Virus record (IMG/VR): IMGVR_UViG_3300028563_000009
DNA from: a virus
Taxonomy: Duplodnaviria; Heunggongvirae; Uroviricota; Caudoviricetes
Strand: one strand, 5' to 3'
DNA: 44,369 nt
Part shown: positions 1 to 9,655 of the stretch, piece after piece
Layout: each line of letters starts with the position of its first letter
Position numbering within the stretch: position 1 is the stretch's first letter
Notes under the pieces: generated by a model
Database searches by the model: none
What the model was told of the DNA's origin: nothing
What the model saw: the letters and a program-made list of their open reading frames with translations, nothing else
Program-made: the position numbers and the translations under genes

Positions 1-59
1 TGGGTAGGTTCTGGAGGGGGAGCGGCTTGCCCTAAACTCGAAGTTAAATCTTCTGGCAT
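1..59 (-). CDS. Partial CDS (N-terminus only, runs off the window), probably an ejection/internal virion protein
   Basis: ATG at 59-57 overlaps the TAA of the upstream gene (TAATG); open frame MPEDLTSSLGQAAPPPEPT to the window edge. Confidence 0.5.
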   Translation of the reverse strand, partial: MPEDLTSSLGQAAPPPEPT

Positions 60-721
60 TATTCTTTTCCTGTCTTAAGGTAGCTTCCTATTTTGTCTAC
101 CGCTTTTCTCAACTGAGGGTTGCTTTTATAGTGACGCGCCCAATCGTCGTTCTTGTCTGGGAATAACCTACCTCGGACATAAGCTTCTGACCGGCTATTC
201 TCGAACCACTGATCGAAGGAACGTTTATCCCCAGAAGACTTGTATTCTCTGTAGTCCATCTTTATTTGGTCAGGAGTTCTAGCCTTCTTAACGTCTTGTT
301 TAAGACGATAGTAAATCGGGTCCACTGGTTTTCCGGTGTCTGGATTTACGCTTCCGGCTATGTGAATCAAATCTCCGGCAATACCATCTCTAGCTTCCTC
401 CCTACTCTGGAAGGGTTTGTAAACCTCCATAGTCACTTTACCGGGATGAGGGTTTTCACTCTCCCAGCTAGGGTAGGTTTCTAGGCCGTTGTCCTCTTCG
501 CCCTTAGGCGGAGTGGCATCGTACACCAAAGCATTTTTAGTATGGGGGGCTAACGCGGGGTAGGTAGTGGCTACGTCCTGAAGGACTCCATCGTAGCCGC
601 TAAGAGAACTAGAAGTTTTAGGAAAACTCGTATCTACTTTAGATGCTTGAGGAGGGGCTAAGGATGCAAAAAAGTTGGGGTGCGGGTCTTGAAACGTAAG
701 ACTATCGGTTAACCCAGCCAT
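59..721 (-). CDS. Hypothetical protein, probably internal virion/ejection protein
   Basis: 220-aa ORF coupled to its neighbours, located in the ejection-protein region downstream of tail genes. Confidence 0.6.
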   Translation of the reverse strand: MAGLTDSLTFQDPHPNFFASLAPPQASKVDTSFPKTSSSLSGYDGVLQDVATTYPALAPHTKNALVYDATPPKGEEDNGLETYPSWESENPHPGKVTMEVYKPFQSREEARDGIAGDLIHIAGSVNPDTGKPVDPIYYRLKQDVKKARTPDQIKMDYREYKSSGDKRSFDQWFENSRSEAYVRGRLFPDKNDDWARHYKSNPQLRKAVDKIGSYLKTGKE

Positions 722-722
722 G

Positions 723-1112
723 TTAATCCTTATTGAAGTAGGAGAGCGGGGTATTCAAGTCTATGTCTTTGTCTATAGATTTACGGAGAAAGAAGACTAC
801 GCTCATTTGTTCTTGTTCTTGGGAGAGTCCCAATACGGCTAAGAGATTCTTTAGTCGGTCTGAAGGCTGGAGGCCGGTGTTAGAGCTTCCTTTAAGCTTC
901 AGTTCCAAATCCCACACGGCACTTCTGTACCCGCCTTGGAAGCTTTCAAACTGCCTAATACCTTTTTCGTTTACGTTGTGCTTACCCGGCTTCGAAAACG
1001 ACTTCAAAAGGAGAGGGTTTCTCAGTTTGTAGGCGTCCGATTCGGGGCTTGAGTAGTCGTGCAGACTGGCTACTGCGTTGACTATGGCTTCGATCTTGTC
1101 TATTCTATTCAT
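723..1112 (-). CDS. Lysozyme-like/muramidase-like small virion protein (divergent)
   Basis: Motif SDAYKLRNPLLL...GIRQFESFQGGY resembles the S.A.RNNNPGN...F..F.S...G motif of phage lysozyme-fold virion proteins. Confidence 0.4.
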   Translation of the reverse strand: MNRIDKIEAIVNAVASLHDYSSPESDAYKLRNPLLLKSFSKPGKHNVNEKGIRQFESFQGGYRSAVWDLELKLKGSSNTGLQPSDRLKNLLAVLGLSQEQEQMSVVFFLRKSIDKDIDLNTPLSYFNKD

Positions 1113-1933
1113 TATGCTTGTCCATTAGAAGGGGAATTCCAACCGGAACCCCCGAATAATCCTGAACTATATCCAGCAGGGGAAGAAGACCCCCCGAATA
1201 AATCAGGAGTAAAAGTATCACCGACTGCCGGTCCAAAACTAGAGCTATCGAGTTGCTGGGCAGAAGAACCCATAGTTCTCGATAACCCACCGGTTAACCC
1301 GCTCACCACACTACCGGCTCCGGGGAGGAAAGCGTTGAGAGCCGATCCCGCTAAGCTTCCTACCAGTCCTCCGACTTGGCCCCACGGCGAGGCCGCTTGG
1401 TTAGTCTTCTGGATGGTAGTAGCACTTCCGAAGGCGTTCTCCCCGGCGTTGTTGGCTTGGCCAGCTACCCCGGAAGGATTCTCCAAACTAGCTGCCGAGG
1501 TTAACCCAGACACGGCTTCGTTGTAATTGGCCGCGCCTTGCTTATACCCAGCCTCTTGTATGCCTAGAAGCGAGTTGCTTTCGTTCTGGGCCGCTTTCTC
1601 GGCAAGGTCGGCCTGTACCCCTAGCTGGGAGCCTGTCGGTAGGTTGGCACCCCCTCCAGACGCTGCCGCTGCTTCTCCTACGGCTGCTCGGGCGTTCTGA
1701 TACTGTTGGGCATTACCGGAAGTAGCTAATGTATTTAAGGCAGTGGTTTCCGGGGTCGAGAACCCGTATTGGCTCGGACCTCCCTGAAGAGTGTTGTTAA
1801 GGCTCTTGGTCAGTCCATTGATAATGTTTTGCTGCCCAGCAAAGGAAGTGCCAAAGTCGCTTTGCAGAGTTGACATGAAGTTCTGCTGTTGACCGGCAAT
1901 CTGGTTCTGTGCGCCTGTTGCTCCTTTACCCAT
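1112..1933 (-). CDS. DNA ejection/pilot protein-like
   Basis: 273 aa, Gly/Ala/Gln/Ser-rich, MGKG start, hydrophobic Gly-rich segment (WGQVGGLVGSLAGSALNAF); typical of podovirus ejection proteins at this position. Confidence 0.6.
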   Translation of the reverse strand: MGKGATGAQNQIAGQQQNFMSTLQSDFGTSFAGQQNIINGLTKSLNNTLQGGPSQYGFSTPETTALNTLATSGNAQQYQNARAAVGEAAAASGGGANLPTGSQLGVQADLAEKAAQNESNSLLGIQEAGYKQGAANYNEAVSGLTSAASLENPSGVAGQANNAGENAFGSATTIQKTNQAASPWGQVGGLVGSLAGSALNAFLPGAGSVVSGLTGGLSRTMGSSAQQLDSSSFGPAVGDTFTPDLFGGSSSPAGYSSGLFGGSGWNSPSNGQA

Positions 1934-2337
1934 TATTCTAAGTCCTCTAATCTCAGCCGGTATACGGGATAGTCCACTTTCTCGAAAATCCGTTCAGCTA
2001 TTTTGTTTGTCTCGGGATGGTCTCCGATGAAGTAAATCTCGCCGCAGTCTTTTAAGTATCCAATTACAATTGCCTGCTTAACTAGCTCACGCATAGCTCC
2101 GGCGATCTCAATATCAGTTGCCTCGGGGTTCATAACTAAACTATCTAAAACTTGGGATGAGGCAAAAGAGAGGGTTTGGACAGGCATAAATCCTATGATC
2201 TTGTCCTTCTTAAAAGCGCAGAGAGTATATGTATTAGCGTATGTAATCACAGTAGGGTCAAAACTCGGGTGTTTGGAGTACCAATCGGTGAATAACTCGG
2301 AGTCTTCCGGCCTAGCCGGTCTAACGAATATTGTCAT
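1933..2337 (-). CDS. GNAT-fold-like protein (internal virion protein A position)
   Basis: Likely start MTIFVRPARPED (typical GNAT N-terminus); lies between tail tubular and ejection genes as in T7/P22-like phages. Confidence 0.45.
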   Translation of the reverse strand: MTIFVRPARPEDSELFTDWYSKHPSFDPTVITYANTYTLCAFKKDKIIGFMPVQTLSFASSQVLDSLVMNPEATDIEIAGAMRELVKQAIVIGYLKDCGEIYFIGDHPETNKIAERIFEKVDYPVYRLRLEDLE

Positions 2338-2602
2338 TTTTGTGTAACGCAATGGCCAGAAGGGTTTGGTTAATGTCTTGTCGTAACCCCTTCACTTCTT
2401 TGTTTAGGTCCTCGATACCAGATTGGATATGAGGAAGGTGGTTAGTTGCTAACAAATCTATTGTTTCCCCGGCGTCTTTAACCTTGTCGAAGAACTTCGA
2501 AATTCGCCACGACCCTTTAACAGCTAGGACTATTAAGGAAATCCAGCCTGCTACATGGATATGATCGCTTATAAAACTAAGGGCTTGTAATATATCGTTC
2601 AT
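2321..2602 (-). CDS. Small membrane protein with coiled coil (holin-like)
   Basis: 93 aa, hydrophobic segment VAGWISLIVLAV followed by heptad-like C-terminus; GGAG RBS; ends in TAG. Confidence 0.5.
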   Translation of the reverse strand: MNDILQALSFISDHIHVAGWISLIVLAVKGSWRISKFFDKVKDAGETIDLLATNHLPHIQSGIEDLNKEVKGLRQDINQTLLAIALHKNDNIR

Positions 2603-2609
2603 GGTCTCC

Positions 2610-2975
2610 TTAAGGCAGAATCGGTTGTAGTGTTCCTAAATCAATTGTGTCAGAGTAAACCAACGAAAATATCTGGGGGAATTGCCAAACTTCTATACCA
2701 GAACTGTTGTACGCCCGGACTGTGTAGTATGAATTTTGCGGGGATAAAACATCGTTTGTCCACAACTGGAATACCCCAGCAACGTTCCCAGTTGTGTCTA
2801 AGTAGCATCTAACTGTAACCCCTGCCGTAACTTGCGTGCCAGTAGGTCCACCGAGAGTGCTAATGTTTGAGTCGTGATTCAGCATCCAAGTAAGATACCC
2901 GGACGCTAACGCATTACCAGAAGGGTCTTGAAAATGACCACCAATAAGAGTCGCTTTGTTGTATGAGTTAGGCAT
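2610..2975 (-). CDS. Stand-alone tail-fibre anchor/adaptor-like domain protein
   Basis: Probable start MPNSYNK at 2975; GHFQDPSG...LDTTG...LWTNDVLSPQNSYYTV resembles N-terminal attachment domains of phage fibres. Confidence 0.5.
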   Translation of the reverse strand: MPNSYNKATLIGGHFQDPSGNALASGYLTWMLNHDSNISTLGGPTGTQVTAGVTVRCYLDTTGNVAGVFQLWTNDVLSPQNSYYTVRAYNSSGIEVWQFPQIFSLVYSDTIDLGTLQPILP

Positions 2976-3189
2976 GTTTAATAAAGACCCTATACTGGGG
3001 TATCGCCCCGTGCATTTCAAATTGACTTAGGTTGTCTGGGCTAACGGCCCCGATGGGTGGAACGGGACTTCTTAGAAAAACTGATCTTCCGCTTCTAGGT
3101 TGTATTGGTTCCACCGATGGGGTTTGCAGCACAGGTTTAAGATGGGTAGTATCTACGTTCGAGAATAAAGATTGTTCTATAGTTGGCAT
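2968..3189 (-). CDS. Hypothetical protein
   Basis: 73-aa ORF, TAATG-coupled to the upstream gene and overlapping the downstream start. Confidence 0.6.
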   Translation of the reverse strand: MPTIEQSLFSNVDTTHLKPVLQTPSVEPIQPRSGRSVFLRSPVPPIGAVSPDNLSQFEMHGAIPQYRVFIKHA

Positions 3190-6100
3190 TATTCCTCAAG
3201 GAGGTAGCTTCCTACCACAGTTAGGGTGTCTAGTTCGTCTGCGGAATCTGTAGCCTCAAACTGGCCTTGAATCTGCATGTGACGACATAACACACTTTGT
3301 TTTGTTTGACTTAAATAGAATCTTTGATTGTATAGTGTCTCGCTCGGCACTAACTGAGGAGGATCGTTAGTAGAGAAGGTCAGAGGATAGAAAGGACCAC
3401 CGACTTCTCCAATGCGAATTCCTAAAGAGATTGCTCTACTGTTGGGAACGCGCAGGCAATCCGTAGTGATAAACTCAGGAGCACCGACTTGGCCGGGGAA
3501 GGCCATGACAATACTACCGAGGATAAAGCTAGCGGTGTACGCGCTTCCGTTATCGACGTACGAATCGTAATTCCGGTAAAGGAGAGGACCATATACTCCG
3601 GGAGGTGGGGCTAACAGAAGTTGGATGTTTCCGGGAGTCGTCTCTATGGATTGGACTGCTCCACATCCTCCGACTATGTTTGCCTTAAGGCTCCACGTTA
3701 GCGACCCAACCTCAGGCGCGGGAGTGGGGCACATTCTGTACCATCCGGTAGACCCGTCAGCAACAAACAAGCATTGATCGCTGCTTCCGGACACATGCCA
3801 AGTTAGGTAACTACTTGCGGGGTTCATCTGTTGGATAAGGTCCGCGACAGGAAGACCGATTACGGAAAGACCAGAGTGGACGTTTAACTCCACAACCTGC
3901 TTATCCGTAGTCATGAAGTAGATAAGCGACCCATTGACCGTTAGAGCGTTATAACTTAACAGCCCTAGCTTCTGCATAAACGGCTGCGAAGTGAACGGAT
4001 CATTTACTGTCCCCTCGCCGGATATGAGGTACACGTCAGAAACAGTATGGACCACTAGCCCGATATTCAACGGGACCATCCTAACAACTCTCGAAGGAAA
4101 CTCAGCAAAGTTAGAAGGACTGAATCCGTTGTACCCATTACCGATGGGAGTATCCGGTCCGCTCGACCAAGAAACAGTGTTCTTCTTCGCCACAAAAATT
4201 CGTCTGTTCTGATAGGCTGGGATAATAGAGCCTTTAGAAGGAGGGGTATTTTGTAGAGCCAGAGGAGCTTGGAGGAGGATATTTAACTGGGAATCCAGAT
4301 TGTTATCCGTAAACCCTTGAGTTAAGTACTGACTCACTGGGATAGTGTACTCAGTGTTTCCATTCCCAGAAGCGGGGGGAGGGATCAAGAAGTACGTTGC
4401 CCCTCCATCGTCGGTACGGAAGATAGCGACGTAATCGACTTGAGGATCAATATACTGAGGAAGCCCCCCAGATATGAATACCCCACTTGCTTCAAAGAAG
4501 TTTCCAGTTTTCGGAGTAACCAGACTAGCGTTACTTACCGTATCATCCAGAGTGTTGACCAACGCAACGGCGTAGCTCCATCCACCTTGAGTGGTAGTGA
4601 GAGTTCCAGAAGGAGTGTTCCCTATGGTACCGTTATTCATCCAGACTAAGTTCGGAAGATCGGCGGTAAGACCATACAGAGTTGTTGAGAAGGTAGGCTC
4701 CGCCGTCCCACTAACTCCTGCTTCGTAGGGTATTTCCTCATTAGAATTTTGATCTATGATGAAAGTAGATGTGGTTTGGTTTACAGCGGCATTCCAGCCG
4801 AAGGTAGAAACCGGCCCCAAGTTCCACCAAGTGTAGTTTCCTGACGCCTCAGTTACTTTCGGGTAGTTCGGGGACAAGGCTTGTAGGTCAGCTATGGAGG
4901 CTCCCCATGCTGGCCAAGTAGGAGCCGTTCCTGAACTCACGGCGATGCCCTGTGGAATGATATTGTAATTGGTCGAGCTTCCGGGAGGAGAGTAGACCAT
5001 GTAGAAGCTGAAGGTAGCGGCGGGAAGGGCAGGAGAAACTGTAGGCGCAGTATACCCGCTAGTACTATGATACCACACTCCGTAGTGGATTTCAGCCGGA
5101 TATACCCCAGCCGAAGGGAAACTTATTTGGACAGTATCCTGCACAATGCTGTTTCCTTGTGGTTGGTACTGAGCACTCATGATCGGATACCCCTTGATAG
5201 GGGTTCCCGTTGAGAAGTTATATGTGTTGGGGTTATTGCTGTTGTTCCAGTTCATCGGCCCACTAATGACGCTGGGCGTTAAGGTAGGTCCGCTCTGGGC
5301 ATTTCCTGTGTCAATCGCTGGGCCATAGTTAGCGTGGCTAACAAGGGCGGTAAACTGACTTCCTGAAATGCTGGTAACTGTTACTGTGACCCCATTCAGC
5401 CAAGTAGCATTGACCAACCCGCCGAAGGTCAGTTCAACTCCCACGGTTAAGAGGGATGTTAGAACTTCTCCGCAAGTGACGGTGAGAGTCCCACTTTGCT
5501 GCTGTATCTTCGAGATAGGTATACTCAAGCTGCCAGACCCTATACCCCAGAACATAGCTACCTGATGACCAATCGTGAACGTGTATGTTCCTGCCGCAGG
5601 GATGACCAACGAAGGAAGCATAGCAATGCTCAAGTTTTGGGAGGCAGGGAATAGAGTAGTTAGAGAGTTGGGAACCGTTCCATCGCCCCCGATGACCGCC
5701 GTTTGTACGGAGTTCGATCCTCCTTGGGCTGACAGGAATAGGCTGTTTACGGTGCCAGAGAAACTAGCCGTAGATGTAGGCTGAGTGCCATTAGGAGACA
5801 TAGGGGCATTCCCGATACCACTAGGAATTTCACCAGCCGCTCCTACATCGGAGTTCTGTTGACTGTTGCATTGCCAGCAATATACTGGGAAGTTGGACCC
5901 GGCTGTCTGGATTCCAGACGCGGACTGAAGACGGAAGACGCAAGTGACTGCGCTTACTGTTTCCTCAATAACGTGTCCTGCTGTGTATGTTTGCCCCGAA
6001 GCCCAGTTGAAAGTGGTATCTCCGTCGTTAGAAAGGCATATCCATTGGGCTGTACCGTCTGTGGTAACTTGTCCCGGAGTTGTGCTCCATGAAGGCGCAG

Positions 6101-8546
6101 CCCCAGCCGACACTCCTGAAGTCAGAAGCTGTTGGAGATACTTATTACCGCCGACAGTAACGATGATGAACTGCCAACGGTTGTAGTATGTGTTACTCGC
6201 CCAAGAACCTACCGCGCCATTGACAACGACATTCGGGGCAATGTTACCCCCGGCAATCCCCCAGTTATAAACTAGCCCATTATCTACAGCCGCGCCTCTG
6301 TTTATCCACAGAGCCGACCCGTCGATGGTTGTGGCCCCAATGGTTGTAGGCCAACTAATCGCATCCGAGTAGTTGGAGATAGGGTTTCCGCCTGAGTACA
6401 CAGTAGGAGTTTCGAAATCTGCGGTTGTAGGATAGAAGCTGTTGTTAGCTACTAAGTTGATTACCGCCCCAACTCCTGAACCAGAAGTCGAAGTAGGAAT
6501 GTTTTGTTCTGTGATATACCCAGTTCCGGGAGTGGCTAAAGTAATGCTTGCTACTCCGCCCGTCGCCCCGGTTAGAGACGCTACAGAAAATTCTGCGGTT
6601 CCTGCGGTGCTGGCTTCGACAGGATATAGGCGATCTCCAACGGCGTATCCAGTTCCGGGAGTAACTAAAACTCCGGAGGTGATGACCGATCCAGAAACGC
6701 CGGTAATGTGTATTGTGGCTCCGCTTCCGCTTCCGGAAGTTGTAGTCGGGACTGTGCCTGTGCTGTATGGCAAGAACCCGGCATTACTGACAGTAAGAGC
6801 ATTGATGGTTGTGCCCGTCACTCCTGTGACAGTGTACACAGCCCCCGCGCCCGTTGCTTGAACAGGAGAAATGCTATCGCCAAGGACGTACCCAGTACCA
6901 CCCGCTCCGAGAGAGAAGGTAGCAATTTGTCCGCTACTTACTGACAGGATGTTGAAGGTTGCCCCAGTACCGGCACCAGAAGTGGTAGTCGCTAATCCAG
7001 AGGCAACAGTGTATCCAGTAAAGGAAGGACCGCCGTTGTCTAAGTTAAGGGTGGCGGGAACGCCGTAGATCGAAGCCACGGTGAACGAGGCCCCTGTTGC
7101 TCTAGACTGCACAGGTAGGGCAGGGTATAGCGTGTCTCCGGGCGCGTAGCCGTTTCCACCGGCCACGATGGTGCCGCTAGCCAGAGGACCGCCTGCGTAC
7201 GAGGAGGGGGCATTACAAGTGAATTGTGTTCCGTCACTGGTGATGTTTAAGGACAACCCAACTCCCAATGAGGCAGAGGTGGGGACATTCTGAGCAGCGA
7301 CGTATCCAGTTCCGGGGATATGTGCGGCTACGGCTGTCACTACGCCAGTGCATAGCGCGACAGAGGTAACAGACCCGACAGAGACACTACTGACGGTAAA
7401 GTATCCGCCCGAGGCGTTGAATTGTTGAGGGAATATAAAATCCCCGATAGCATACCCAGTACCACCAACGGCGATAGTAGCCGAGACTAAACTACCACCA
7501 GACGTAGTAAGGTTTAGCTGGCATCCAGTTCCGCCTTCTAGCGTGGTTGTGTCCACTCCGGAAGCGGAGGTATACCCAACTCCTGTTGCGGCTCCCACGC
7601 TTACAACTTGTACCTGCCCACCAATGCTTCCTGAAGGAGAGTTCTGAGCTACGTTGACAAACTCGCCAGCCGTGTATCCTTGACCTCCGAAATATACAGA
7701 AGCAGTGTTTATCCCCCCGGCGATATTTTGGATCGTGAGAGTAACAGAGGAGTCGCTTAAAACAGTAGCGACGGCAGAGCTACCCGAGAAGTACAACTGA
7801 AGACCGGAAGATAAGACTTGGCCAGCGGTAGGAAGGGGATTGCCATTTACGTCGTTAGGACGGGTAGTGAAAACAAAAGTAGAATCGAGAATGTAGAAGC
7901 TAGACAACTGAACGATTGTTCCAATAAGTTGTTCAGCATTGCCGTTCGTGTCGATGATGAAAGAGTTTAGTTCGAAAGGCGTGAAGTTGTAAGGGTTGAG
8001 AGCCGCCGTAGTGTCGGGGGAATTCGCAATATCAATCAATACCTGAGAATAAGGTATTCTTTTCTGAAGAGTATTGATCCACTTCTTCTCGCTTTGACCA
8101 TCGCCCCAGTAAAGAATGTTGCCCACGCTTTGCATGAACGACTGCCCAGCGTACGCAGATTTATTCCAGATCGCTATTTGCCCGTTGTTCGAGGCGTTGT
8201 ACAGCGTAGTCTGGGTATCAACCATCGTCTTGATCTCTTCGGTATCGGCATTGAATAACCGATACTCATAGAAACCATTTACGTTAACCCAATTGTTAGT
8301 ATTCCAAACAGAGTTACCCGGCCTACGGATAACCGTAAGTCGCTGGGATATCTCAAGATTTTGTCCACCAAGAAAAGCATCCCCTCTAGGACCGTAGAAC
8401 TTTTCCTCTAACCGAGTAGACGCAGCATCGCGGATGGCTGATCTGTTAGACCATAACCCGCTACTCCATCTGGCCCCTTGGTAAAGAGGGGCCTTTCTGG
8501 TCGGACGTGGCGGCTGTGCGCCACTGATTTGAAATGGATTAGGCAT
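3189..8546 (-). CDS. Tail tubular B / P22 gp10-like stabilisation protein with a large internal repeat and carbohydrate-binding insertion
   Basis: 1785 aa; the N-terminal ~190 aa and C-terminal ~450 aa (RRIFVAKKNTVSWS, VELN, DCLR-type beta-propeller segments) flank GGTGY repeats and W..T.Y/DGT..W motifs; follows the adaptor gene. Confidence 0.6.
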   Translation of the reverse strand: MPNPFQISGAQPPRPTRKAPLYQGARWSSGLWSNRSAIRDAASTRLEEKFYGPRGDAFLGGQNLEISQRLTVIRRPGNSVWNTNNWVNVNGFYEYRLFNADTEEIKTMVDTQTTLYNASNNGQIAIWNKSAYAGQSFMQSVGNILYWGDGQSEKKWINTLQKRIPYSQVLIDIANSPDTTAALNPYNFTPFELNSFIIDTNGNAEQLIGTIVQLSSFYILDSTFVFTTRPNDVNGNPLPTAGQVLSSGLQLYFSGSSAVATVLSDSSVTLTIQNIAGGINTASVYFGGQGYTAGEFVNVAQNSPSGSIGGQVQVVSVGAATGVGYTSASGVDTTTLEGGTGCQLNLTTSGGSLVSATIAVGGTGYAIGDFIFPQQFNASGGYFTVSSVSVGSVTSVALCTGVVTAVAAHIPGTGYVAAQNVPTSASLGVGLSLNITSDGTQFTCNAPSSYAGGPLASGTIVAGGNGYAPGDTLYPALPVQSRATGASFTVASIYGVPATLNLDNGGPSFTGYTVASGLATTTSGAGTGATFNILSVSSGQIATFSLGAGGTGYVLGDSISPVQATGAGAVYTVTGVTGTTINALTVSNAGFLPYSTGTVPTTTSGSGSGATIHITGVSGSVITSGVLVTPGTGYAVGDRLYPVEASTAGTAEFSVASLTGATGGVASITLATPGTGYITEQNIPTSTSGSGVGAVINLVANNSFYPTTADFETPTVYSGGNPISNYSDAISWPTTIGATTIDGSALWINRGAAVDNGLVYNWGIAGGNIAPNVVVNGAVGSWASNTYYNRWQFIIVTVGGNKYLQQLLTSGVSAGAAPSWSTTPGQVTTDGTAQWICLSNDGDTTFNWASGQTYTAGHVIEETVSAVTCVFRLQSASGIQTAGSNFPVYCWQCNSQQNSDVGAAGEIPSGIGNAPMSPNGTQPTSTASFSGTVNSLFLSAQGGSNSVQTAVIGGDGTVPNSLTTLFPASQNLSIAMLPSLVIPAAGTYTFTIGHQVAMFWGIGSGSLSIPISKIQQQSGTLTVTCGEVLTSLLTVGVELTFGGLVNATWLNGVTVTVTSISGSQFTALVSHANYGPAIDTGNAQSGPTLTPSVISGPMNWNNSNNPNTYNFSTGTPIKGYPIMSAQYQPQGNSIVQDTVQISFPSAGVYPAEIHYGVWYHSTSGYTAPTVSPALPAATFSFYMVYSPPGSSTNYNIIPQGIAVSSGTAPTWPAWGASIADLQALSPNYPKVTEASGNYTWWNLGPVSTFGWNAAVNQTTSTFIIDQNSNEEIPYEAGVSGTAEPTFSTTLYGLTADLPNLVWMNNGTIGNTPSGTLTTTQGGWSYAVALVNTLDDTVSNASLVTPKTGNFFEASGVFISGGLPQYIDPQVDYVAIFRTDDGGATYFLIPPPASGNGNTEYTIPVSQYLTQGFTDNNLDSQLNILLQAPLALQNTPPSKGSIIPAYQNRRIFVAKKNTVSWSSGPDTPIGNGYNGFSPSNFAEFPSRVVRMVPLNIGLVVHTVSDVYLISGEGTVNDPFTSQPFMQKLGLLSYNALTVNGSLIYFMTTDKQVVELNVHSGLSVIGLPVADLIQQMNPASSYLTWHVSGSSDQCLFVADGSTGWYRMCPTPAPEVGSLTWSLKANIVGGCGAVQSIETTPGNIQLLLAPPPGVYGPLLYRNYDSYVDNGSAYTASFILGSIVMAFPGQVGAPEFITTDCLRVPNSRAISLGIRIGEVGGPFYPLTFSTNDPPQLVPSETLYNQRFYLSQTKQSVLCRHMQIQGQFEATDSADELDTLTVVGSYLLEE

Positions 8547-9655
8547 TAGTACCCGTAGTAGTACCCATAGTTAAACGGACTTGCAGGACCGACTGGGTAG
8601 AAGGGTCCAAGTACAGAGTCTCCAGACATTCCTGTATCCGGGAAGAAGCTCCAAGCTTGTTCTTCTCTTTCACCAGCTAAGATGGCTTGTTGAATTTGTT
8701 CATGCCACATCTGGTTCTGCATTACTGCGCGAGGAGAGTTGGCGTGTTGAAGGCACTTGGCCACGAAACCTTCTCTGAATAAATAGGCTAAGTCGTCCGG
8801 GACAGGGGAGATTGTTTGCTGAAGCGTGCGGAACTTCGGTGCTCTACGTTGATAGGCTATCCACATCAACCACACAAACCCACCGATGGAGGGGAGAGGA
8901 TTGAATCGCAGCGCGTATCCGTTCGGATTGGCCACTGTCCAAGTTAGAGTTCCGTCTGCCACGGTAATTCCCGGAGGGCTATTCGGAGGAAGCATTGGAG
9001 CGGTTGACCCAGAAGTTCCAAAGTTTGCTCCCGTATTGTTGTACGGATTGGGGAGCGGTAAAGGAATATTGGTTCCTTGGAAGCCTAAGACGTTGGGGGT
9101 CAAATTCATGATAGACGTGTCTAAGAACAGCATGTTGCCGTTCGCATCTACTATTTGCTGGATAGGGGTGGATGTTGCCCCAGAGGTCCCGTACCCGCAC
9201 GAGTACTGTGTGTTAGCTGCCCAAGTTCCAAACATGCACTGGTTGTTGGGAATGAAACAGACAGAGGCGGAGTTACCCTGATAAGGAGTAAGCCCCATAT
9301 CTCGGTTTATCTCCATTAAGAACAACGGCTTAGGACACAGGTTATTTGTGTTAGTGTTGTTGTTAATGTCGATTCTGAATCCGGAAGTAAGCCATCCTAT
9401 ATCAGTTAAGTTGGTGATGTAGTCTTGTTGTAAAGCGTTAGTGAGGAACAGCGGAACATAGCTGGCATTCCATCTCCAGTTTAAGTTCTGCGCCAAAATC
9501 TTCTGCAAAACATCGTTTGCAAAAGTCAAGGCAGGCTCGTAGCTGTATCCTCCCGCAGGAAGTATTGGATTACACTCGGCAAAACTACGAGTGTAATTTA
9601 CTACTTCCTCAAGGGTGATTGTGCTTATTGGTTGGAGATTTGGAATTGCTGGCAT
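8546..9655 (-). CDS. Head-tail adaptor / tail tubular A-like protein (paralog of 24559-25293)
   Basis: 369 aa; shares WRWN, DY...D.GWL, YQ..AP.F and P.PD...Y....G..AK motifs with the 244-aa protein. Confidence 0.55.
   Translation of the reverse strand: MPAIPNLQPISTITLEEVVNYTRSFAECNPILPAGGYSYEPALTFANDVLQKILAQNLNWRWNASYVPLFLTNALQQDYITNLTDIGWLTSGFRIDINNNTNTNNLCPKPLFLMEINRDMGLTPYQGNSASVCFIPNNQCMFGTWAANTQYSCGYGTSGATSTPIQQIVDANGNMLFLDTSIMNLTPNVLGFQGTNIPLPLPNPYNNTGANFGTSGSTAPMLPPNSPPGITVADGTLTWTVANPNGYALRFNPLPSIGGFVWLMWIAYQRRAPKFRTLQQTISPVPDDLAYLFREGFVAKCLQHANSPRAVMQNQMWHEQIQQAILAGEREEQAWSFFPDTGMSGDSVLGPFYPVGPASPFNYGYYYGY

Noticed and set aside
2976-3020. Programmed frameshift fusing the 73-aa ORF to the anchor-domain gene
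   Set aside because: No clear slippery heptamer or stimulatory structure; simple overlap explains it
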